Origin: an uncultured virus (IMG/VR IMGVR_UViG_3300017814_000173)
Lineage: Duplodnaviria > Heunggongvirae > Uroviricota > Caudoviricetes
Direction: 5' to 3' (one strand)
DNA: 64,000 bases
Virus record (IMG/VR): IMGVR_UViG_3300017814_000173
Below, in pieces: positions 47,168-54,855 of the stretch; the first letter of the stretch is position 1; the number at the start of each line of letters is the position of its first letter. The position numbers and the translations under genes are program-made. A model generated the notes under the pieces. The model was not told the origin of the DNA and did no database searches. It saw only the letters and a program-made list of their open reading frames with translations.

Positions 47168-47625
47168 TCTCCTGCTTTCATGATGTTGGAATTTTCAATG
47201 GTTACCTCGAACAATCGTAACTGGCCTTTCAACGGTATAAACGGTAATGCTCGTCCTCCGCTGACCTGCCAGTGCCAGCAGCCCGGCTGCGCCCAGCGGC
47301 TGGGATGATGGCGGACGATCCTGTCCAGACATACCGTGCCGACAATGCCGCCGAGCGTGGACTGGTCGCAGCCGACCGGCCGGCACGTGCTTTCATCAAA
47401 GCGGATGTGAAAGTGTTGGCATACCGGCGCCACGGCTTCCGGCACGTAATCGCCCAACCAGAGCAACGCATCGTAATCGAAGCGCAGACTGGCGTGAATC
47501 AGCAATGGACCCCGATACTTATCGCACCAGGTGCGGTTCTCGATATCCTTGCGGATTTCCAGCGGCGCTCCGGTCATCAGCCACGCCCATGGTTCCCGGA
47601 CCGACAGACATTTCATGGTGATCAT
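47164..47625 (-). CDS. ASCH-domain protein
   Basis: LSVREPWA, KDIENRTW, YRGPLLIHA, GGIVG, KGQLRLF. Confidence 0.88.
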   Translation of the reverse strand: MITMKCLSVREPWAWLMTGAPLEIRKDIENRTWCDKYRGPLLIHASLRFDYDALLWLGDYVPEAVAPVCQHFHIRFDESTCRPVGCDQSTLGGIVGTVCLDRIVRHHPSRWAQPGCWHWQVSGGRALPFIPLKGQLRLFEVTIENSNIMKAGD

Positions 47626-48002
47626 GATTTATTTTCCTCCGCTTGAAACAAATCCGGGCAATTCCGGAGTTTGTTGTTATGCCGGGTCTGCCGGTGCTGC
47701 TCGGCATCGAGCGTCAAATGACACTTCTGACAGAGCGCCTTGAGATTTTCCGGCCGGTTGTCGGTTACATCGTGATTCAAGTGCGCCACGGTCAACACAA
47801 TCGTTGTCGTTTTTGTTCTCTCCAGAGCGGCAACTTCCAATTCCATACCGTCCAGACGATGGAAGACGCCCTGTTTGTCGCGGTAACCAGTGGCGCCGTT
47901 TTCGACCCCGCAGAACTCGCAGCGGTTGCCGGCGCGTTTCATAATCGCCGGACGAATCACCGTCTTCCAATTTGCCGGATAGCGATGATAATCAATCGGC
48001 AT
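47622..48002 (-). CDS. HNH endonuclease-like protein
   Basis: CEFC; LTVAHLNH...N...NLKALCQKCH. Confidence 0.82.
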   Translation of the reverse strand: MPIDYHRYPANWKTVIRPAIMKRAGNRCEFCGVENGATGYRDKQGVFHRLDGMELEVAALERTKTTTIVLTVAHLNHDVTDNRPENLKALCQKCHLTLDAEQHRQTRHNNKLRNCPDLFQAEENKS

Positions 48003-48171
48003 GATAAATTTCCTTATGGGCTTCCTCGGTCTTTTCTTGTTGTTCGGCTTTCTTCAGCAGTGACCAAACGGATCGGGCGAATCGAAGATTGCTCGGCCAG
48101 TAATGCCGGGCGAACTCTTCCCGGTCAGGATAGGTTCGATAGATCCGCACCACGTCGTCACTGATTTTCAT
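47992..48171 (-). CDS. Hypothetical protein
   Basis: RBS GGAGG before MKISDD. Confidence 0.5.
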   Translation of the reverse strand: MKISDDVVRIYRTYPDREEFARHYWPSNLRFARSVWSLLKKAEQQEKTEEAHKEIYHAD

Positions 48172-48176
48172 GATGC

Positions 48177-49025
48177 TCAATCCTCCACGGGAAGGAGTTC
48201 GCCGCAGGGAAAACCATTTTTCTGCATGACCTTGGAATGAATAAGCCCTTCGAATGATTTCCATGAGCTTGTCTGCAAACAATAAAAGCCCCAGACGTTT
48301 TTTCTGTTATCGGATGGGTGATGAATTCCCATTTCCCAAATTTTGCCGTCTTGATCTTCAAACCAGTCCGGGGCTCCTAATATTCGCCAAGGCACAACTT
48401 TGGCCGCCCGAACCTGTGCTTCATCCGGATCCAGTACTATTTCAGTACCCTGATGATCTTGAACTTTGGTAGAGTGGTTATCCGGACAGGAAATGACTCT
48501 TGCCGGATATTCCACCCCGTTTTTTTCGCGATAAAAGATATAATCGCCGACCTTGAAACGGTAAAGAGGATGCTGTTCGAGAATGGTTTTACAGATCGGA
48601 CACGTTACTATCGCCAGATCGTTGCTCCATTTTTTTGGCATGCTGCATTTACACAACGAATCCAGCCCGAGTCTGCTGAAATGAACAATCGCCAGATGTC
48701 CGCCGGTCGGTTCCTCCGCCAGCCGAAAAATTTTCATGGTATCGGGACGTTGAGCCATACAGCCCAGCAAATTTTTTGCATCGCTCAAAAAGGATTTTTC
48801 CCATTTATGGCTTTCGGGGTTCAAACATTCCAGATTGGAACAATCGTTGTTCAGCAGTTTGGCAAATTCGATCAGCGTCAGCCCATCGGCGGTCTGATGA
48901 AAATTTACACTTGTGCAGTCTTCAATAGCTTGCGTACCAAATTTGAACTTGCCGTCTTGGTCTGATCCGGTCCATGCAAGGTGTTCTGCCCAATCCGGTA
49001 TGTCGATTATAATAGTCTTACTCAT
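48177..49025 (-). CDS. Hypothetical protein with Zn-ribbon-like motif
   Basis: RBS AAGGAG; H...LC...VTCPIC. Confidence 0.6.
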   Translation of the reverse strand: MSKTIIIDIPDWAEHLAWTGSDQDGKFKFGTQAIEDCTSVNFHQTADGLTLIEFAKLLNNDCSNLECLNPESHKWEKSFLSDAKNLLGCMAQRPDTMKIFRLAEEPTGGHLAIVHFSRLGLDSLCKCSMPKKWSNDLAIVTCPICKTILEQHPLYRFKVGDYIFYREKNGVEYPARVISCPDNHSTKVQDHQGTEIVLDPDEAQVRAAKVVPWRILGAPDWFEDQDGKIWEMGIHHPSDNRKNVWGFYCLQTSSWKSFEGLIHSKVMQKNGFPCGELLPVED

Positions 49026-49113
49026 TGGAATAATTCTCCTTGTTCTGTCTTTTCATATTCTGCCACTCCCTGTTTATTATTCGCCCTGCCGTTCCGTTTT
49101 GCTTTCTCTCTCC

Positions 49114-49163
49114 TTCACGTTCCACGGGAACGCTTCACTCTTCACGTGCTCCGCACACTTCAC
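49114..49163. repeat. TTCAC-hairpin-TTCAC repeat, copy 1
   Basis: TTCAC x4 with CGTTCC/GGAACG and GTGC/GCAC mini-stems. Confidence 0.55.
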
Positions 49164-49732
49164 TCGTTTCCCTTTCCGCTTCTGCATTCCCCCAGCATGG
49201 CGGCAATCGACCGGGAGCGTTCCTCCGCATCGTAGTCTGGACATTTCAGGAACTTCATTCGGCGGCAGTTTGGACATTGTTTCTCTTCGTCCGTCATCAA
49301 CTGTCCGCACTTGGCACAATATTTCCGCTTCAGAATGTCCGCCTCGATCAGCTGTTCGCGGGAACGGACGATTTCAGATTCTTCCGTTTTTTGCCAGACC
49401 CCGCCGTCGGCATCGATCACCGTGTAGCCCAGACGCCGCATGAGCTGAATAACCGGTTCGATATTCTGTCCGTCGCGCACGATCACCGACATGGCGATTT
49501 GCTGGTCGGCCATGCCCAAGATCCGCCGTATGCCGAACGGTTCCAGGCTTCGCGCCTTGCCGGTGCGCGTGAGCTTGCCCTTGCGCTGCAAGGCCCGCAG
49601 GTGAGCGAAGATCGTCGAGGTCTTGATGTGAAATCGATCGGCCAGTTCGTACACGGTCGGCACGTTGCCTTGAAAATATCCGGCATGAATGGCGTCGAGC
49701 ATTTCGATTTGTTTCTGCGTTAACTTTTTCAT
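49160..49732 (-). CDS. LexA-type DNA-binding domain + C-terminal Zn ribbon (no peptidase domain)
   Basis: LTQKQIEMLD...PTVYELA...STIFAHLRALQRKG.L.R...ARS; CAKC...CPNC. Confidence 0.8.
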   Translation of the reverse strand: MKKLTQKQIEMLDAIHAGYFQGNVPTVYELADRFHIKTSTIFAHLRALQRKGKLTRTGKARSLEPFGIRRILGMADQQIAMSVIVRDGQNIEPVIQLMRRLGYTVIDADGGVWQKTEESEIVRSREQLIEADILKRKYCAKCGQLMTDEEKQCPNCRRMKFLKCPDYDAEERSRSIAAMLGECRSGKGNE

Positions 49733-49757
49733 GATTCTATTTTTTCCTTGTTTTGGG

Positions 49758-50003
49758 TCAATCGGTGATTTCCTGCCCATTTTCCGGATCCGTTCCAATC
49801 AAAGTTTCCCGTCGCGGTTCCGCGCTGATGATATAGTCATATTCACCGGTGGGATCGGCATGTTGGTAACCGGGTTGACAACTCATACAATCGCATTCGC
49901 AGCAGCCCAGATCCTCGATCGTGCAGCCGCAGACACCCGGATTGAACAATCCGTCGTAGCCGTGCTGCCGAAGGTAGTCGGTGATAATTTCTTTTGCTGT
50001 CAT
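49758..50003 (-). CDS. Cys-rich hypothetical phage protein
   Basis: YLRQHGYDGL...CGC...L..C...C.PGY. Confidence 0.65.
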   Translation of the reverse strand: MTAKEIITDYLRQHGYDGLFNPGVCGCTIEDLGCCECDCMSCQPGYQHADPTGEYDYIISAEPRRETLIGTDPENGQEITD

Positions 50004-50527
50004 GGCTGTTTCTTCTCCGCAAACAGATCGTTTTTCTGGCTGTCGTTCCAGCGCTTGACGTCTTCGTGGGTAATTTTCAGGATTTTTACCGGGTTGCCGT
50101 TGCGCCACCGGTTATCGGCATACTGACAAGCCCGGAACGTTTTCTTCTTGTCATCGAAACTGGTGCAGGTCAGCTGCATGCCGCCGAACCAGATGAAATC
50201 GCGGCCGACATACATTCGGTCCGGCGTCTGCTTGCCTGGTTCACGGACTAGGAACGGCTTACGGCCCCAGTAATTTTCCATGGCCATGGCGGCCGACCGG
50301 TTGCCAACACTATAAGTACGGCTTCCATGGCATGCCCGGGTATAAGTTCCTTCATTCGGAACCGGTAACCGGGCTTTGAAGTCGTCTGCAAAAAACTTGA
50401 CTCCATAATCGATGGCATAATTGATTATTCCCCATTTGGCGTGAGCCCGCTGAATGGTGCTTTGAGTATTGACGCAGTACAGTGCAGCGCAGTACAATTC
50501 TACTGCCGGGCTGATTTTTTCATCCAT
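50000..50527 (-). CDS. Hypothetical protein
   Basis: RBS; ATGA overlap with the next gene. Confidence 0.6.
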   Translation of the reverse strand: MDEKISPAVELYCAALYCVNTQSTIQRAHAKWGIINYAIDYGVKFFADDFKARLPVPNEGTYTRACHGSRTYSVGNRSAAMAMENYWGRKPFLVREPGKQTPDRMYVGRDFIWFGGMQLTCTSFDDKKKTFRACQYADNRWRNGNPVKILKITHEDVKRWNDSQKNDLFAEKKQP

Positions 50528-50550
50528 AATTATTATTCCTTTCTCTGGTA

Positions 50551-51270
50551 TTATTTCGGATTTTCCGGCGTGCCGTAGATTTCTTCGCGCAAGGCATTGT
50601 CGCGTTCGGATCTCGCGGCGTCTTCCTGATATTGCCGGGCAATATCGCGTTGTATTTCTTCGTCCCATCTTTCCTCGACCGAATGGATTCGCTGTTGAAT
50701 TTTGGCGCGAAGATCAGCCGCCACGCCCGGATATTCTTTTTCGCAGAGTGTGGCATACAGGGTCATTAAAGGAATCGTGAACGGATCGTGCTCCCAGTCC
50801 AGCACAAAATATTCGCAATGTTCGTGTTTGCCGCCGGGAAGCGATGAGTCGTCCGTCCGGAACACCAGGTATTTAAGATAGAGCTGATCGCGGTTGAGTT
50901 CCGCTTCGTGTTCGCGTAGCCATGCATCATGACCGCGAAGCACGGCCGCCATCACCGCTTCATGCAAATCATAGGCCGTCAGGGACGTGTTTTCCAACGC
51001 ATGGGTGAAAACCCGAGCCAGATGGTTGAACATGGCATCGTTTTTATATTTATCGACAATCTCCTGTTCGGTCGTCCGCTGGCCGTGATCGAGCAGCACG
51101 TCACGAAACAAGGTCAGGGCGCGAATCCGCTGGGTGTTCGGCGGCATAATCATCGGAATAGAGCCGAAAGTTTCCCGGCCGATCATTTCGCCAAGCTGTT
51201 TGGGATCGTCGGTTTTCAATAGCAAGGTCAGCGCCTTTTCCAGTTTCTCGATCTTTTCACCGTCCGTCAT
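50551..51270 (-). CDS. Hypothetical protein
   Basis: RBS; KY.V.RTD.SS.PGGKH..CEYFVLD..HD. Confidence 0.65.
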   Translation of the reverse strand: MTDGEKIEKLEKALTLLLKTDDPKQLGEMIGRETFGSIPMIMPPNTQRIRALTLFRDVLLDHGQRTTEQEIVDKYKNDAMFNHLARVFTHALENTSLTAYDLHEAVMAAVLRGHDAWLREHEAELNRDQLYLKYLVFRTDDSSLPGGKHEHCEYFVLDWEHDPFTIPLMTLYATLCEKEYPGVAADLRAKIQQRIHSVEERWDEEIQRDIARQYQEDAARSERDNALREEIYGTPENPK

Positions 51271-51274
51271 GGTT

Positions 51275-51820
51275 TTATTCTCCCTTGGCGGCGGCTTGCC
51301 GCAGATGCGTTTCCGATTTGAAATCCGATGCCGGCAGCGGCCAGCCGAGTTTTGCCGTCACCGCCTGGCGCAGATAGGGATAGGCGATCTTGCGGTTGAT
51401 TGCGTTGCTGATGTCGCTGGCATAGACGCCGAGCGCCTGAGCCAGCGCCGTCCGCGTGCCCATGATCCCGGCCGCCATTTCCAGCAGTTCGCCGATGGTT
51501 TTAATCTGCTTGAGATCGACGGCTTGCCGGACGTCTTCCAGCGTCTTGCCGGTGACTTTGGTATGTCCCGGACGACGCGCCGGATGTTCCGGGTTCCGCG
51601 CCGCTTCCAGTGCCCGCGCCGACTCCAGTTCCAGCCGCGTTGCCTCGGCTCGAATTTCCGGAGCGGGGCGCTGCGGTGGAAACGTCGGCGGAACGCCGGA
51701 CGGCAGATGTACGGGCGGTTCAGACATCACCCGCTGGACGGCGGACCAGAAGCAGTCTTCCTCCACGTTCAATTCCCGGCACAGCCTGCTCCATTCTTTG
51801 GCGGTAAATCCCAGTATCAT
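51275..51820 (-). CDS. Protein with C-terminal XRE-like HTH
   Basis: TRTALAQALGVYASDISNAIN. Confidence 0.6.
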   Translation of the reverse strand: MILGFTAKEWSRLCRELNVEEDCFWSAVQRVMSEPPVHLPSGVPPTFPPQRPAPEIRAEATRLELESARALEAARNPEHPARRPGHTKVTGKTLEDVRQAVDLKQIKTIGELLEMAAGIMGTRTALAQALGVYASDISNAINRKIAYPYLRQAVTAKLGWPLPASDFKSETHLRQAAAKGE

Positions 51821-51849
51821 TTTGCTTCCTCCCGAATTTAAAAGGGTTT

Positions 51850-52278
51850 TTATCTTTTCACTTCTTCACTTTTCACTGCGCCAACCCGGTCATTTTTTTT
51901 GAGGAAAAATCCGTCCTTATCCGGATAGGAGTCAAAAATCAATTGTCGATCCCGATTTAGTTCGGCAAGGCTTTTCGTCCGGAGCGTTGCGCACGGAAAT
52001 TCATACGTTGTTTCCCCGTTAAATGGCAACAGCCTGAGCTTTTTTGCCGCAGAATCATGCGATACGATTTTCTGAATTCCAAATTGATTGATGGAATCGG
52101 CCGGAATTTTAACCGTCAGGTGAACCCCGGTAACGATGCGCTTTACCTGCTCGTTTGTCTTTTTTACATCAACGGTATCCATATTGACATTGATTTTGCT
52201 TCCGTCCCCACTGGTTCCGATTTCGATCCCGCCGAATTCCACCCGGCACGGCCCGATTTTTAAATCGTCATTATTCAT
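51850..52278 (-). CDS. Hypothetical protein resembling a tail-tube fragment
   Basis: LKIGPCRVEFGGIEIGT...VKRIVTG..LTVKIP. Confidence 0.5.
   Translation of the reverse strand: MNNDDLKIGPCRVEFGGIEIGTSGDGSKINVNMDTVDVKKTNEQVKRIVTGVHLTVKIPADSINQFGIQKIVSHDSAAKKLRLLPFNGETTYEFPCATLRTKSLAELNRDRQLIFDSYPDKDGFFLKKNDRVGAVKSEEVKR
51857..51882. repeat. TTCAC repeat, copy 2
   Basis: TTCACTTCTTCACTTTTCACTGCGCC. Confidence 0.55.
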
Positions 52279-52913
52279 TTTTCCACTTCTTTCAGATTTT
52301 GTTCTTTGGCTCTTTCCTGCCGCCCTCTTTCACTTTTCACTGCGCCGTTCGACGCAACTTCACTTTTCACGTTCCGCAGGAACTCTTCACTTGGATTGTA
52401 GTCCACCACGTCGCCGCGCCGAGAGGTCGCGATCTTCAACTGCCGTTCGCGGATCCAGTTGTACCAATGCCGATTAGTGACTTCCGGCGGACAGAAGCCG
52501 GTGACAATCGCGGTACGACGGTATTCCGCCAGTTCGCCGGTCAACCAGGCGCGAGGCAGATAGAGCCACCACGGGTCGAACTTGATGCTGGCTTTGTCCG
52601 CCCAGCACAACATGGACGGTTCCATGCCGTTCTGTCGGGAATAATGCCGGGAATGGCACAGACACAGGTTGGCGTAATACTTGTCGTCAAACAGACAATC
52701 AGCCAGCGCGGCGCCCAGTTCCGGATGCCGTTCGCCGCATTCATCGTCCATATGCCTTTTTCCGAGATAGCCCCAGTCATGCATAACAATGCAGATGGTT
52801 TCCCGCCAGTTCGGCAACTGGTGAAACAGCCAGATCCACGCCAGCCAGACGGTGAACGGATGCCAGAATACCTGGTGTACTCCGAATAACAGTGATTTGG
52901 TTCCGGTCTTCAT
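52275..52913 (-). CDS. HD-like phosphohydrolase
   Basis: H...MHDWG...HP...HS...ADK pattern. Confidence 0.55.
   Translation of the reverse strand: MKTGTKSLLFGVHQVFWHPFTVWLAWIWLFHQLPNWRETICIVMHDWGYLGKRHMDDECGERHPELGAALADCLFDDKYYANLCLCHSRHYSRQNGMEPSMLCWADKASIKFDPWWLYLPRAWLTGELAEYRRTAIVTGFCPPEVTNRHWYNWIRERQLKIATSRRGDVVDYNPSEEFLRNVKSEVASNGAVKSERGRQERAKEQNLKEVEK
52329..52390. repeat. TTCAC-hairpin-TTCAC repeat, copy 3
   Basis: TTCACTTTTCAC x2 with TGCG/CGCA and GTTCC/GGAAC mini-stems. Confidence 0.6.
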
Positions 52914-52917
52914 GCTC

Positions 52918-54807
52918 TTAGTTTTCCCTTTTTTTGTGAGTTATCAGGTTTTCAATCATTTCAATTCTTCGGCCGATCCAGCGCATGACATTGACGCCTA
53001 TCGAATTGCCGCAAGCTTTATAGCGGGGTGAATCTGGGGTGAATGCCAACACGGCGGCAGCTTCCGCCGTGAAGCCGTGCGAAAGCAGATAGCGAAAGTT
53101 CTGTGACCATTCCGGCTTTTGCAGTTGCTTGGGCAGATCAATCTTTTTGGGCACGCGCCATGGAATGAGGGTGTGAAAATCGGGAAAACCCATTAATCTC
53201 TCACATTCGAGCGGAGTCAACCGGCGTACCACTGTATCCAGAACCATGCCTTTATCCGAACCGCCTTGACCATTGCGCAACGCGTTGGCAACTTCGCCGC
53301 CCAGCTCCGGCACGTTGTCGCCATCGCGGCCGCGCATCGCCAACGCGACTACCGGCATTTTTTTGCAATCGTGACCGGTCGAAAGTGTCTGTCCGACTTC
53401 GCCGGATGTACAACCGTTGCGGAGATCGTAAGCAATGATCGGCGTTCCGCGTCCGGTGCCGTCTTCCGAACCGTCGAACGCTTCGCCTTTCAACGTTTGC
53501 GCCACGGCACCGGCGATGCCGACCACGGTCGACGCTTCCCGGCCGTTCGTCTTCACCGTGCCGGAAACATTTTCATCCCGCCAGAATCCCGGACCGGATT
53601 CATAGCAGATAATATTACTCGGTCGACTTGGACGATTTTTTCCTTCTGCCCGAATTGTGCCGGATATTTCATCCTGATTCCAGAATCCTTGGCCGGTTTC
53701 CACTCCGATCAGAACCGCCGGTTCGGCGCAACGCGACGCCTTGAGCGTATCGGTGACATGTTCGTCGACGTTCATGGTCTGCCGGGATGACTTGTTCCAG
53801 CCGAACGACATCACCACCGGAGCTTCATGGTCGCAATTCAGCGTGAGGGAAAATCCGGAATTAACCTCGGAATTCCCCTGTCCGGTGGACATAATCAGCG
53901 GGAAAAAATCGCCAACGCGTTCCATGGCGTCGGACATCAGCGCCGGACTGGTGATGCCGTTCCCATACCCGCGACCATCATAACCCAATGCGAGATTTTG
54001 CCGGTGCATCTCCTCGCCGGCGTCTACCGTTCCGGCAACCTCGGAGTGGTCATAACCGCCGAGAAAATTGCGAGACATGGTCAGTGTGTTCAGCGGTCCG
54101 GCGGCGCCGACAAAAGTTTGCTGCTGCTCTTTCCCGCTTGCGCCTCCAGTGCTCGCCGTAACGCTTCTGGCAACTCCCGTCCCCGCCTGGCGGCACGGCG
54201 CAGGATCCCCGCGCAGGCCGCAGATGTCAAATAATACCGCTGCGGCAGATCTCCGGTCTCCAAGATATCCGACAACGAACACACGCCGGCGTCGTTGAGG
54301 GACAGCCCGGCCAAACCCGTCCACTCGCACATACTGAACGTCCAGGACTCGCCACGCCAGACCGTACCCGCACTCCGCAAGCCCTGCGGTAAACTGGTCG
54401 AAATCGTTTGTGGCTTCCCATTCTTCCGCTTCATCTTCCGGTTCGCCCGACCAGCTGGAAAAGACGCCGGGAACGTTTTCCCAGACGATCCAGCGAGGCC
54501 GGATCGATTTAACCAGTCCGATAAAGTTTCTTGCGAGTCCGGAGCGCTGGTCAGCGAGTCCGCCGCGTTTCCCGGCGAGGCTGAATCCTTGGCAGGGGGT
54601 TCCTCCAACGAGAAGGTCAATTGATCCACGATAATCGTCTCCGTTAATTTTAGTCATATCTCCCAAATTCGGCACTTTGGGCCAGCGATAGGCCAGCACC
54701 GCGCACGGAAACGGCTCGATCTCGCTGAACCATGCCGGTTGCCAGCCCAGCGGTTCCCAGGCCAGCGTGGCGGCTTCCACGCCGCTGCATAACGATCCGT
54801 ATCTCAT
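52918..54807 (-). CDS. C5-cytosine DNA methyltransferase with expanded variable region
   Basis: SLCSG, GGTPCQ, ENV, PQRRRR, RRLTPLECERLMGFPD, GNS. Confidence 0.95.
   Translation of the reverse strand: MRYGSLCSGVEAATLAWEPLGWQPAWFSEIEPFPCAVLAYRWPKVPNLGDMTKINGDDYRGSIDLLVGGTPCQGFSLAGKRGGLADQRSGLARNFIGLVKSIRPRWIVWENVPGVFSSWSGEPEDEAEEWEATNDFDQFTAGLAECGYGLAWRVLDVQYVRVDGFGRAVPQRRRRVFVVGYLGDRRSAAAVLFDICGLRGDPAPCRQAGTGVARSVTASTGGASGKEQQQTFVGAAGPLNTLTMSRNFLGGYDHSEVAGTVDAGEEMHRQNLALGYDGRGYGNGITSPALMSDAMERVGDFFPLIMSTGQGNSEVNSGFSLTLNCDHEAPVVMSFGWNKSSRQTMNVDEHVTDTLKASRCAEPAVLIGVETGQGFWNQDEISGTIRAEGKNRPSRPSNIICYESGPGFWRDENVSGTVKTNGREASTVVGIAGAVAQTLKGEAFDGSEDGTGRGTPIIAYDLRNGCTSGEVGQTLSTGHDCKKMPVVALAMRGRDGDNVPELGGEVANALRNGQGGSDKGMVLDTVVRRLTPLECERLMGFPDFHTLIPWRVPKKIDLPKQLQKPEWSQNFRYLLSHGFTAEAAAVLAFTPDSPRYKACGNSIGVNVMRWIGRRIEMIENLITHKKREN
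54090..54629 (-). CDS. Nested alternative-frame ORF inside the C5 MTase (EcoHK31I beta-like)
   Basis: CSLSDILE...PQRYYLT..AC.GILRRA.RRG..LP..L..AL; GGAG upstream. Confidence 0.65.
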   Translation of the reverse strand: MDQLTFSLEEPPAKDSASPGNAADSLTSAPDSQETLSDWLNRSGLAGSSGKTFPASFPAGRANRKMKRKNGKPQTISTSLPQGLRSAGTVWRGESWTFSMCEWTGLAGLSLNDAGVCSLSDILETGDLPQRYYLTSAACAGILRRAARRGRELPEALRRALEAQAGKSSSKLLSAPPDR

Positions 54808-54855
54808 ATTACTTTCCTTTCTTCACACCTTGCAAATCAATCAATTCAAATGCAT

